Assembly: GCA_052327205.1 (NCBI GenBank)
Contig: CM126204.1
Span: forward strand, 161,014,001-161,078,000
Reading direction: 5' to 3'
DNA length: 64,000 nucleotides
From: Somniosus microcephalus
Lineage: Eukaryota
Positions within the stretch are counted from its first letter, which is position 1. Every line of letters begins with the position of its first letter. Both the position numbers and the translations under genes were made by a program. The notes beneath the pieces were generated by a model, which was given only the letters and a program-made list of their open reading frames with translations, was not told the DNA's origin and searched no databases. Positions 36,558 through 49,262 of this stretch are shown in pieces.

Positions 36558-39500
36558 ATGGCTATGCTAACCGGAGCGTTTGGACCATTTGATGAAACGG
36601 TGGAGCAATGGAGTGCTTATACAGAGCGTTTCGGATTTTTCGTGACTGCAAATGGCATTAAAGATGACGTGAAAGTGGCGATGTTCCTCAGTGTGATCGG
36701 AGCAAAAACATTTGGCTTGTTACGGAGTTTGATGCACCCGGATAAGCCCGGCGCTAAGACATATGATCAGATTGTGGAAGTTTTGGAAACACATTTCGCA
36801 CCCAAGCCGCTGCTGATTGCCGAGAGGTTCAGGTTTCACAAACGAAACCAAGGGGAGGGTGAGTCCATAGCCGAATATGTTGCAGTGCTAAAGAAGCTAA
36901 CTGAGCATTGTGAGTTTGGTGAAACTCTAAATGACACTGTCCATGATAGGTTTGTGTGTGGATTAAGATGTGAAGCAACACAGAAGTGCTTGCTCATGAC
37001 TGACAAACTGATGCTTAAATCAGCAGTGGAGCTCGCTGTGTCTATGGAGTTAGCAGCTAAAGATGCCCAGCTGTTGGGGGCTGCAACAAGAGTGCACAGG
37101 GTAGCAGCTACACCGGATAAGCATGCAAGGGGCCCCAGAGAGTGTTACAGATGTGGAAGGTCAGGTCATCAGCCATCTGACTGCTGGTGTAAAGACCTGA
37201 CCTGTCAGAAATGTGAAAAGAAAGGACACATTGAATGTGTGTGTAAAGGGCAAAGCAAACAATCCTACACAGAGACACACAAAAACAAACAAGGAAACAC
37301 ATCCAACTGGCGTTCTAAAAAGAAAAACCTACACATGGTGAAACAAGAACAGGAAGACAGTGACACAGACTCTGATGGGGAGCTGAATCTCCATGTGTTA
37401 ATGGTGAATGGAGGCTCATCAGGCTATGGAGTCACTCCACTACTAGAGGGAATACCGGTCAAAATGGAGCTGGATACGGGGGCCGCTGTCTCCTTGATGT
37501 CAGAGAAGCTATTCAAAGAAAAACTGAACCACCTATCACTGACACTGGCCAAGCTCATCTTAAAGACCTACACTGGGGAAACAGTCCCAATGCTAGGTAA
37601 GACAGAGGTCAAGGTGGAGCTTAATGGACAAACCGTGATGCTGCCAGTTTACGTGGTCAAGGGTGACTATCCATCCCTGATAGGCAGGCCATGGTTGGAG
37701 AAAATTCATCTGGATTGGAAAAAAGTGAATGCGGTGTCAGTCGAAGAGGCGGGGCTAGCGGCAGTGTTGACAAAGCATGCGGCTGTCATTGATGGAGAAT
37801 TGGGGAGTATGAAGGGGATTACGGTCAAACTCAAGGTGAAGCCTGACAGCCAGCCACGATTCCTGAAGGCCAGGAACGTTCCCTACGCCTTCAGACCAAA
37901 GGTGGAGGCTGACCTGGAGCGTCTGGTCAAGATAGGGGTCCTGGTGCCGGTTTTGCACAGTGAGTGGGCCACGCCCGTGGTACCAGTGATGAAGAATGAT
38001 GGCGCGGTTCGCTTATGTGGAGATTTCAAAGTAACAGTGAATCCTGTGCTCTCAGCTGAACAGTACCCCCTCCCCATCATTGAAGATCTTTTCGCGGGTC
38101 CAGCAGGTGGTCAGAAGTTTAGCAAGATTGATCTATGCCAAGCCTACTTGCAGATGCATGTAGAAGAGGACTCACAGAAGTACCTCACCATCACCACCCA
38201 CAAGGGCCTCTACAGGTACTGCCGCCTACCCTTTGGTATAACGTCAGCACCAGCATTCTTTCAGTGGGCTATGGACCAGATCTTAAGCGGCATTCCAGGG
38301 GTACAATGTTATCTCGACGATATCCTTGTCACATGAAAGGACGACAACGAGCATCTGCAGAACCTGACGAAGACACTGGGAAGACTTGAAGAATATGGCT
38401 TACGCGTTCACAAGGACAAATGCGAATTTTTCAAGCCATCAGTGGAGTACCTAGGCCATGTCATCGACGCGGATGGCCTACACACAGCACCGTCAAAAGT
38501 GAAAGCCATTGCCGACGCTCCTGCACTTACAAATGTCGGCCAGCTGCGGTCATTCTTAGGTCTCCTGAACTATTACGGAAAGTTTATTCCACAGCTGGCA
38601 TCACTGTTGAAACCATTACATGAGTTGCTGTGTCAGGGCAAGGCCTGGGCGTGGACGAAGGAGTGCGAAGCTGCATTCAAGAAAGCCAAAGCAGCTTTGA
38701 CTAACGCCAGAGTGTTGACGCACTTCGACCCGTCATTGCAGATTCAGCTGGCCTGTGATGCGTCGCCTTATGGCGTCGGCGCGGTCGTGTCCCACATCTT
38801 TCCCTCAGGCGAAGAGAAGCCGATTGCATTCGCGTCAAGGTCCCTGAGCAAGGCGGAGGTGAAATACCCGCAGATCGAAAAAGAGGCTTTGGGCATCATC
38901 TTTGGAATCAAAAAGTTCCATCACTACTTGTTCGGAAGGAAATTCACCTTGCTGACGGATCATCGTCCTCTGACATCGTGCAGGATGCAGCGCTGGGCGC
39001 TGATGTTAAGCGCTCACAATTACAACATCAAATACCGGAGGTCAGTAGCACATGGCAATGCGAACGGATTGTCAAGACTTCCGCTGCCTGTGCCCTCTGA
39101 AGACTGTGAGCAAAAGATTTTCTACTTTGACATGGTGAGCAATGCCCCTGTCACGGCCCGGCAGGTCAAGAAAGAGACCAGAGTGGACCCTACGCTATCC
39201 AAGGTGCTGGATCGGGTGATGCGAGGAGACGGATCACGGGTGTTAGACGCACCACCTGAGCTCCTACCTTACCTGTCAAGAGGGAAGAAGTTGTCTGTCA
39301 CGTCAGGATGCCTCCTTTGGGGCATGCGAGTGATCATACCACCAAAGCTGCGGAAACATGTCCTCAATGAGCTGCACTCAGGACATTGTGGTATTGTCCG
39401 GATGAAGGAGCTGGCACGAAGCTACTTCTGGTGGCCCGGTCTGGATCATGAAATTGAAGTTGAAGCGAAATCATGCCCATCATGCAAGACAACCAGGGAT

Positions 39501-40478
39501 ACACCAAGAGCAGCGCCACTGCATCCATGGGAATGGCCGGCGACACCGTGGCAACGGATCCATCTGGACTTCGCGGGACCAGTGGAAGGAGCGATGTTCC
39601 TGGTCGCGGTGGACTCCCATTCCAAATGGCCGGAGGTTGCAGTAATGTCCACTACCACTACGGAGAAAACCATCGAGACTCTGAGAGAGATGTTCGGGCG
39701 ATTTGGTCTGCCGGAGCAGATCGTAACCGACAATGGAACACAGTTCACATCCCAGGAGATGGAGGAGTTCCTCAAGAGCAATGGAATCCAGCACACGTTC
39801 TCCACGCCTTATCATCCATCCACGAATGGATTGGTGGAGAGATTTGTCAGAACGCTGAAACGCGCGTTGAAAGCGGCAAGAAGTGATGCTCCTCTAAAGC
39901 AGCGCCTGAATGCTTTCTTGCTGAAATACTGAAACACACCTCATGCTACGACTGGAGCATCTCCTGCTTACCTACTCATGGGAAGGCAGCTACGGACACG
40001 CCTTGACCTGCTGAGGCCAACGTCCACAGAAGCAGTGGTGCACACCAATCAGCAGGATCAAGTCAGCAGACGAGCTCAGAGTTCCAAAGAACGACACTTT
40101 GTGGTGGGGGGCAAAGTCCTCGCGCGTAACTACACCACCCCGGAGTGGTGGGTCCCGGCTACGGTCATTCAAAAGACGGGCCCCGTTTCATACCAAGTCC
40201 GCACCGGAGATGACCGAACATGGAGACGGCATGTAGACCAGTTACTGCCAAAACAGTCGCCACAGGTAACCCAAGAAACAGAGGATCAAGGACCTGCTGG
40301 GGGCTCCAGCAGGGACTGGTCATCTGACCCTGAGATGGTGGCACCATCCACTCTTGTGCCATCGAGGGAGGAAGCCACGCCTGCAGGGTCACGGGAGAGC
40401 CAGCCAGAGCCTGCTCCTGAGACTAGGTGTTACCCCCAAAGAGAAAGGCAGCCTCCAGAGCGCCTTAGTTACAGTTAG
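36558..40478 (+). pseudogene. Single-frame gag-pol of the inner element with two nonsense codons
   Basis: ORFs at 36558, 38442 and 39978 share one frame. Two CCHC knuckles, LDTGA protease, YLDD RT, CDAS/EKEA/TDH RNase H, HHCC and DDE integrase. TGA stops at 38334 and 39930. Confidence 0.93.
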
Positions 40479-40812
40479 TGCTGACCTGTGTGCATGGGGC
40501 AGAATAATCCCCAGGGTTAGTGGAATGTAGAGGCAGTCTACCCTCTCTTCCAAAGTTATAGTCATTTTCAGTTATTCTGTTTTGTGGACATTCTATTTTA
40601 AGGGGGAGGGAATATGTTGTGTATTTTGAATGTGTATTAGAATTGTCCCACATGGGATACCGTAGTGGTGATTTGCAATGCACCATGGGAAACGTAGTGC
40701 ATTGAGTGAAGAAGCACATTGTAAATAAAATAGCCGTTAACTAAACTCTCCACCCCGGAGTCCTTCTTAATTGTTATATAGGTAAGGGTATAAAACCCCT
40801 TGAGGCACAACA

Positions 40813-43800
40813 GGTGGCCATCCCACGGGGAGCGCTCGGCTCCCCGAGTGGATCCGGTGGGGCAGCTGGCAGATCTCTCGATGCCCCAGGTCGGGCGTTA
40901 TCTTTGGGGGAGCGCAGAGTGTCAGCATCATCCCCATGGGTCCCTCTATCGGTTGGGTCCGTGGAACCGGCCGGACAGGGAGCCAGGTCCTGAAACGGTG
41001 GACTCCCGGCTATCCGGGTACCACACGTGCGCATACGTGGGGTTGACATCCATGAGTTCTACCTCGTCGATGAGAGGATCGGTTTTAGATGATCGGACGA
41101 ATCTTCGGAGCAGCACGGGGCCGGGAACTGCCAACCATAACAGTAGAGACGTCCCATGGGTGGAGCGACGCTGGAAGCTGAAGAATCGCTCGTGAGGTGT
41201 GACATTGGTAGACGTAGAAAGGAGATACCTGATGGAATGCAACACGTCAGGGAGCATAGTTTCCCACTGCTGGTCTGGTAGGTTGCGTGACCTCAGCGCA
41301 AGACGAACAGCGTTCCAAATGATAGCGTTGTATCTCTCAACCTGTCCGTTACCGATGGGATGGTATGGTGTCGTTTTACTTGTGGCGATTCCCCGTTGGG
41401 AGAGATAACTTTTGAGTTCGCTTGACATGAAGGAGGGACCCCGATCAGAGTGGATGAAATTGGCTATACCGCAAAGGGAAAAGACTTGATCAAGGCATTT
41501 GATCACTGTGGAAGTAAGCATATTGGGACAGGAGAAAGCAAAGGGAAAGCGTGAATATTCGTCCACCATAGTCAGTAAGTAGGTGTTTCACGTTGAGGAG
41601 GGCAATGGCCCTTTAAAGTCAATGCTGAGTCGCTGCATAGCGTGTATGAGCGAGCCATCTGATGGATGGAAGAATTGCGGTTTTAATTCCACACAAATTT
41701 TACAGGAGGAGCACGTTCTTTTCACATCTTCCGTAGAAAATGAGAGATTTTTAGATTGCACAAAGTGCAACATACAGGTAACGCCAGGATGGCATAAGTC
41801 AGTGTGAAGATCCGCCAGAGTCGAAGTTGACATAGAAGTGCAGAATGTCCGCGTGAGGGTATCCGGGGCCACATTCTCTTTGCCGGGTCGATAATGTATG
41901 GTGTATCCAAAGGCGGCCAATTCCATCCTCCAGAGTTGTATTTTGTTATTCTTGATCTTAGTGTGTTTCCAGTTATCCAGCATAACGGCCACGGAGCGCT
42001 GATCGGTTATAAGTGTGAAATGGCGACGAGCGAGAAAATGACTCCATTTACGTACCGCTTCGATGATGGCTGTAGCCTCCTTCTCAACAGGAGGATAATG
42101 GAGCTCGCTACCCTGCAAAGTTCTGGACAGAAATGCAACGGGTCGACCACCTTGATTCAAGGTAGCAGAGATTGCCACATCCGATGCATCGCACTCGACC
42201 ACGAAAGGAAGATTTTCATCAATGGAACGAAGCGTGGCTTTTTCCAGTTGTCGCTTGAGGAGGTTGAAAGCTGAAATAGCTGTTGCCTCCAATGGAAATG
42301 ACTTTGCGTGAAGCAGGGAAGTAGGCTATCCATTTCGCATAATAGGCGAACATGCCGAGTGCCTGACGAGATTCGTAGGCGGAGGGAGCTCCTGAAGCGG
42401 ATGAAGTCGCTCCGGATCCGGTTTGATGACACCGTTGCCCACCCAGTAGCCAAGGATGTTGACTGATGGTACTGATTTCACGGATTTGGACTCATTTAAG
42501 GTTAAGTTGCGATGACGGAGAACGTCAACAAATTTCTGGAGGTTGGCATCATGCTCCTTCTGGTCACGACCAGCAATGGTGATATTATCCAGATATGGAA
42601 AAGTGTCCGTTAAGTTCTCCTGTTTGACTAGGCTATCCATTGCCCATTGAAAGACGGCCACCCCATTGGTGACCCCAAATGGAAGGCGACAAAACTGGTA
42701 AAGCTGACCATTGGCCTCAAAGGCCGTATACTTCTTGTCAGAGTCCTTTAACGGCACTTGATGATATGCGCTCTTTAAATCAAAAGTTGAAAATACCTTG
42801 TAGTTGGCAAGGTTATTGACCATGTCATCGATGCGTGGAAGTGGGTAGGCATCCAGGTCGGTATACTGGTTAATAGTTTGCGAGTAATCGATGCAAAGAT
42901 GTTTCTTGTGTTGCTTCAGAGGATTATTAAGAATGACGACTTGAGCCCGCCAGGAAGATGAACATGGCTTAATGATACCGTCAGCTAGAAGGCAAGAGAT
43001 TTCTGTCTCGATAAAGGATCGATCATCTTGGCTGAAACGTCGTGATTTAGTGACTATGGGCTTACATCGGGGAGAAAGATTGCCAAACAAGGAGGGCTTG
43101 TCGAGTGAAGCCACCGAAAGCGCACAAAACGGTACTTTGGAAATAGTAAACTCCGGCTTTGACCCTCCAAACTCGAAAGTTAGTCTTTTGTGTTGTTTCT
43201 GGAAATCCTGTCCCAGGAGCACATCACTGCATCGGTTCTTGAGCACCCCGAACCGGGTGGAGAAATAAGTGCGGCCATTGAGAATAAGGTCGACAAGACA
43301 AAAGCCAGAAGAATTGGTGGTCAGTGTTATCAGAGCCATTGCAATTTCCCTGTCCGAGGGGTAAATACGCAGTTTTAACTTACTGACAGCCCGCTCACTA
43401 ATGAAGCTGTCAGAGCTGCACGAGTCAATTAGTGCACTCAAAATGTGTCCATTTGCCGAAACCTTTGTGGTTGCATGGGACAGACTTTGGGGAAAAACAG
43501 CTGTGATGGGAGGAGGGGCAGTTTTACCCTTGACAGCTGCACCCTTAGTAGTGGTTCTTGGGGGAGGAGCAGTTTTATAGGTTGCAGCTGTAACCTTAGT
43601 AGTGGCTCTTGGGGGAGGAGCAGTTTTATAGATAGTAGCTGCAAAACTAACAGGAGCTCTTGACTGGCATACCTTAGAAAAGTGACCTTTCTTGCTGCAA
43701 TGATTGCAGGTCATGTTACGAGCAGGACAAAATTTCCTATAATGAAACGCACCTCCACAGAAGAAACACTTCCTTCCAGATTGCCAAGATGCCGCTAGGG

Positions 43801-44464
43801 CGGGGTCATCATCAGTGTAGGTTTCTAGGGTATGTTTGTCATCAGCCGGGTTGGAGTCGTCATCCGTGAGGGCTTCCACCCGAGGCCTATCGAAAGAGTC
43901 ACACAAAGTGATAGCAGCAGCCCGTGCACGTGGTGAAAGATAGGTGTCTGCATTCCTCTTTGCTAAGTCCAGAGAACATGCCTGGTCATAGGCAGCCTGT
44001 AACTTGAGGGTTTTATTCTCCAACAGACGCTGACGTATGAAGGGAGACGCAATCCCAGTAATAAAGGAATCACAAATTAACGCCTCCTGGTACTGCTCAG
44101 CTGTAACAGCTTTAAGATTACAATCCTTGCTGAGCCTGCGAAGTTTCTGAAGGAATTCGTCAGGTGATTCCCCGGGTTGTTGTCGAGTTGTGGCCAGTTG
44201 ATGCTGAGCAAAAATTTCATTTGGGGACTTGACATATAGCTGCTGTGGTATTTGGATAGCGGCGTCATAGTCTACACAGTCTTCGATATAATTAAACACA
44301 TGAGGGGATACATAATTAGCAAGTATCTCTAATTTATCAGGAACATTTTCACCACACACCCTGAGGAAGTTGCTGAAAGTACGATACCAGTGTTTCCATA
44401 CCTTAGCAGATGTAGGTGAATTTGGGTCCAGGTCGAGATGGGCGGGTCTGAGTAGTTTCTCCAT
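40813..44464 (-). pseudogene. Frameshifted gag-pol of the outer element
   Basis: Two Cys/His knuckles (CFFCGGAFHYRKFC, CNHCSKKGHFSKVC), protease LIDS, RT (FDLKSAYHQ, LPFGVTNG, YLDN), RNase H (ECDAS, EKEA, TDQ), integrase (HPG..C..C, DFKGP, HSDRG, GNGQVER), spread over several frames. Confidence 0.9.
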
Positions 44465-45147
44465 GATGGATCGATTACTTGTCTGAGTTCCCTTCTACGG
44501 TTCGAGTCGTAGCTGGCTGTTCCCGAAATCACCCAAAGCGTGGAGTCGATATCAAGTTGATTAAATTGACGTAATAAAACTCACTACGCATTTGGTTTGA
44601 GTATAAAGCAAGGCTTTAATCAACTTGTTTCAGAACATGATGGTCTAGTTGTACTTCACTAGTTCCTTGTCTTACAAAATGTCCCTGGCAATCTGGGGCC
44701 GACGCCCGAGTATTTATACTCCTTGGACGGCGGACGGCCATCCAGCGTTATTTCACGAGTAATTTCTTGATGAATGATGAGATTTATAACGGGTTAAGCC
44801 CCTTAGCTTAAATAGTTTAACACCATTAAAGTGATGATCTTCGTAATATATAACCTCATCTTGATCATCGTTCATTTTTGGGTTGGGGTTCCTGAATAAT
44901 TCTGAACAGTTAAATATCCACTGCACAGATACAATGATCATACTTTGGACTGATGCTATCTTGAATCTGAGAGGGGGAATGCCTTGAAATCTCTTAATTG
45001 AATCACTAATTGGTCTGGTGTTGCTAAGTTTTTATTGTTTTGGGATGTAACAGAATCACAACTGATTGATACTGTCAGCGTAATAAATACTTTTAACAGT
45101 GCATCATTTATTCACATACCTACTGAGCCAGTTAATTGCCACTTCAA

Positions 45148-46155
45148 CAACAACAATTTGCATTTATATAGTGTCTTTAGCATAGTAAAATGTCTCAAAG
45201 TGCTTCATATGAGCGTTAGCAAACAAAATTTGACACCGAGCTACATAAGGAAATATTAGGACAGGGCTTGGTCAATGAGGTAGGTTTAAAGGAGTGTTTT
45301 TAAAGGAGAGAATGCCACAGTTTATTGTATTAATTAACTATTGAAAAGTGGGGGGATATTGATTTCTTGGGGAGGATGATTGAGGCTGACTGACCTTCTG
45401 TTAACCTCAATAGCTTGTGAGATTAACCAGAGCGAGACAAGGTTCCGGGACGGGGCGGGGCAAGGGAGGAGGGAAGAATTGTCACTATTGATTGACATGT
45501 AGGCTTGTCAATTGTAGGGCTTGTTGGGGAGGGGAGGCCCAATCAACAGCTCTCATTCCATCCTTTGTTTTGGTACCTTGTCCTATTGTGGGGCTGAGGT
45601 AAGAGTAGCGAACATTCATTCCTTGGCTGATGGACTCAGATTGGCAGGGGCATGCTCTTTGTTGCTGGATTGCCCTTCATTGTCCCCAGCTCTTCTTCGA
45701 AATAGTGCCAGGAGAATTCCAGAGCTCAGGGCCTAGGCAGCTGAAGGCACGGCCGCCAATGGAGAGACAAAGGAAATCGGGGATGCGCAAGAGGCCAGAA
45801 TTAGAGGAATGCAGAGATCTCAAAGGGTTGCAGGAGGTCACAGAGAAAGGGAGTGGCGAGTCCATGGAGGGATTTGAAAACAAGAATGAGAACTTTAAAA
45901 TCGAGGTGTTGCTGGACTGGGAGCAACAATGTAAGTCAGCGAGCACAGGGGTGATGGGTGAACAAGACTTGGTGCGAGTTAGGATACAGGCAGCAGAGTT
46001 TTGGATGAGCTCAAGTTTATGGAGGGTGATAGGTGGGAGGCCGGCCAGGACAGCATTGGAATAGTTGAGTCTGGAGGTAACAAAGGCATGGATGAGGGTT
46101 TCAGCAGCCAATGGGCTGAAACGGGGCAGAGACGGTTGATGTTACGGAGACGGAA
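45148..46155 (-). mobile_element. L2 LINE 3' fragment (interrupted ~45310-45710)
   Basis: ETLIHAFVTSRLNYSNAVLAGLP...LELIQNSAA...GGRAFSCLGPELWNS. Confidence 0.88.
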
Positions 46156-46325
46156 ATAAGCAACAATTGTCTTGCTCCTGTTAGATTTAAAAGTGTTCAA
46201 TATGAAGCAGTGTGGGGAAGGAGGCTGTGCAAACACAACACTACAGACAGAGAAGAGATGGCCAGGTGATGCAGGTAACTCACTATGATGCGGACGTTCG
46301 TTGACCAGCTCTGTGTGTCTCACAG

Positions 46326-46448
46326 GATATGGAACAGTTTGAGACTGAGGTGAAGAGCCTGCAGGCGATGGTGAAGCAGGCCCAAGTTACTTTGACCTCC
46401 CCTGAGCTCGCTCGCCTGTGCCTTAAGGAGCAACTCTTTCAAAGACAG
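46326..46448 (+). CDS. SYNE1: Nesprin-1 exon K (not in ORF track)
   Basis: CTCACAG acceptor, CAG|GTACCA donor. DMEQFETEVKSLQAMVKQAQVTLTSPELARLCLKEQLFQRQ. Confidence 0.92.
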
Positions 46449-46461
46449 GTACCAGATAATG

Positions 46462-46885
46462 TATAGAATCACACCACACAGAAGGAGGCATTTGGTCCAT
46501 CGTGCCTATTCCAGCTCTTTGAAAGAGCTATCCAATTAGACGCACTCCCCTGCTCTTTCCCCATAGCCTTGTAAATTTTTCCTTCTTAAGTATTTATCCA
46601 ATTCCCTTTTGAAAGTTACTATTAAATCAGGCAGTGCGTTCCAGATTTTCATAACTCGTTGCCTAAAAACATTTCTCCTCATCTTTGTTTTTTTGCCATT
46701 TATTTTGAATTTGTGTTCTCCGGTTACCGACCCTCCTGCAGTTTCTCCCTATCTTCTCTAACCAAACCCCATATAATTTTGAACACCTCTACGAAATCTC
46801 TCCTTCACCTTCTCTACTCTAAGGAGAACAATCCCAACTTCTCCAGTCTCTCCACATAACGGAAGTCTCTCATCGCTGGTACCAG
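46462..46885 (-). mobile_element. CR1 3' fragment
   Basis: Similar to 30025-30392. Confidence 0.8.
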
Positions 46886-47771
46886 TCAAAGAAAGAATGT
46901 GGAGATCCCTGGAGTGGGACTGGAACCCACAACCTTCTGACTCAGAGGCGAGAGTGCTACCCACTGAGGTGAGGCCGACACGTTTCTATGCAGGCCCACC
47001 GTTCAACCATCAAGGACGGTCTGTGCACGTGTGGTTTGATGGGGCCTCCACAGCTCTAACTGCACATTAACAATGCTAAGTATGGGAGAGCGACTCACTT
47101 AGTTCGCTCTGAGCTGCGATGTAACAGCACCTATTAACTAACCCCAATTCTGAGAAAACCCAGGCCCCTGTATTAATGGTGGTCTGCTCCACCGGTGCGT
47201 GTGGTGGAGTGGAAGCCTCGAGCCAGGGAGCCCATCCCAGATTCCGGGGATGGGGACATTTACGTGGCATGGGGCACCCGTCGTGACCCACCAACCAGAA
47301 TGTCGGAGTGGCACCACAGAACAGCCGGGTTTGTTTAGGAAGAAGGTCAATCCCCTCTGCCGTTGATTACTTTTCCCTAGTAAAAGTTCTGAGATTCTTA
47401 ACCTCATGAGTTCTGCTGAGGCCTCTTGGTGACATATAGGGTGGCACTTATGGGGGTTCCCTGGGAACTCCCGGGCTCCCCACCTCCCACCCCAGACGTG
47501 CCCTCTCGACATAGGGAGGAGGCAGGCTGGCGGGTTGAAGGTCCATTCAATGGGAACTTAAAGGGCCAGTGTGAAGGGGGCGGGATTCCAACGGAAACTG
47601 GGCTTCACTGTAAATTATTGCCCCCCCATTGGGTTTCCACTCTCCTTCCCCTCCCCCACCACCCAGGAATTTGTGGCTTCCACATTTAAATGCCTCAAGA
47701 TCCACATCCGACACACGATTCAGACGGCAGTGTGACTGTCCCGATTGACACTGCGGTTTCTGTCTCGCTAG

Positions 47772-47954
47772 AGGTTACTGGCTGACATGGAGGGGTTCAA
47801 GCAGAAGGTCCAGGCAGTGCACAGATATCAGGCTGCCCTACGAATTCCAGAAGAAATTGTCACCAACCTGCCCATCTGCCAGACGGCACTGAGGCTGCAG
47901 GAGGAGGCCAGTCGTCTGCAGCACACTGCGATCCAACAGTGTAACATCCTACAG
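47772..47954 (+). CDS. SYNE1: Nesprin-1 exon L
   Basis: CGCTAG acceptor, CAG|GTAGGT donor. ALRIPEEIVTNLPICQTALRLQEEASRLQHTAIQQCNILQ. Confidence 0.95.
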
Positions 47955-48789
47955 GTAGGTTGCTGGGGCCCTCGAGTCTGGCCTGATCGAAGTCTGCAAT
48001 GCCACAATGTTCTTACAGTAAATCTTTGGGGGGTAATTTGTGGACAGAGGCCTTCGCTTGATCGCTGCCCCTTCCGCTGGACTCAATGTCCGCTCCCTTC
48101 ATCACCGGCGCACTGCAGCTGCACTGCAGCAACTCGCCAAGGCTTCTTCACCAGCACCTCCCAAACCCGCGACCTCCACCACCTAAAAAGACAAGGGCAG
48201 CAGGCACATAGGAACACCATTACATCCAAGTTCCCCTCCACACCATCCCAACTTGGACATATATCTCTGTTCCTTCATTGTCGCTGGGTGAAAATCCTGG
48301 ACCTCCCTATCTAACAGCACTGTGGGAGCACCTTCACCACATGGACTGCAGTGGTTCAAGGAGAAGGCTCACTATCACCTTCTCAAGGGCAAATAAGGAT
48401 GGGCAATAAATGCCGGCCTTGCCAGCGACGCCCACATCCCGAGAATTAATATTAAAAAATGGTCAACTTAGCACTCCCGTTGGATGGGATTCCTCACGGG
48501 CAGTGAAAAGTCAGAAAATTATCTCTCTCATGTTTCCGTCCAAACTGATCCACACCACGATGAGGCAAAGGTGAGGCATGAGCGATCGATTAATGAAATG
48601 GCGCTCTTGCAATGGGTGCTCACTTAGTTCCAATTGCAAGTGAAGAGGAATTTAATCGATTAGTGTGGAAGATTTGATTCCCGCGGCAGTGCAAATTGAG
48701 ACGGGTTTAACGAAGGCCCTTGGTCCTCGTGGTTAGAATAAGTTTGTCAAATAATAAGCGTTTATTTTGGATGTAACTTGGCAATACAG

Positions 48790-48933
48790 GAAGCGGTGAT
48801 CCAGTATGAACAGTACGAGCAGGAGATGCGGCACCTCCAGCAGCTAATTGAGAGAGCGCATCGTGAGATCCAGGAGAAGCCCGTGTCTACCAGCAACATC
48901 CAGCAGCTGCAGGCCCAGATCTCCCGACACGAG
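48790..48933 (+). CDS. SYNE1: Nesprin-1 exon M
   Basis: TACAG acceptor, GAG|GTAAAC donor. EAVIQYEQYEQEMRHLQQLIERAHREIQEKPVSTSNIQQLQAQISRHE. Confidence 0.95.
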
Positions 48934-49029
48934 GTAAACGCAGGGATAAATCCCTCATTTAATTTGGTGCAAATCAGAAAGAGACAGTTCAATGGTTATT
49001 ACAAGACTTGCAGGTTCCAACAGTATCAA

Positions 49030-49262
49030 ATAAAGAAAGAAATGGCATTCATATATCGCCTTTCACAACCCCAGGACGTCCCAAAGCGCTTCACAGCCAA
49101 TGAAGAACTTTTGAAGTGTAGTCACTGTTGTAATGTAGGAAACGCGGCAGCCAATTTGCGCACAGCAAGATCCCACAAACATCAATGAGATAATTTCCAG
49201 ATAATCTGTTTTTTAGTGATGTTGGTTGAGGGATAAATATTGGGCAGAACACTGGGGAGAAC
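49030..49262 (-). mobile_element. Deu-domain SINE 3' half
   Basis: Similar to 15860-16080. Confidence 0.75.

Larger units (their letters stand above)
36123..40812 (+). mobile_element. Inner Ty3/Gypsy (Mag-like) LTR retrotransposon, full length
   Basis: 198-bp TG...CA LTRs at 36123-36320 and 40615-40812 (5 mismatches by eye). PBS at 36325, PPT AAGGGGGAGGGAA at ~40600-40612. Confidence 0.96.
35606..44790 (-). mobile_element. Outer Ty3/Gypsy LTR retrotransposon (degenerate), interrupted by a nested element
   Basis: LTR pair ~35606-35828 and ~44566-44790. PPT (minus AGGCAGGAAGAA) at 35829-35840. Minus-strand gag-PR-RT, RNase H and integrase frames in Gypsy order. Confidence 0.93.
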
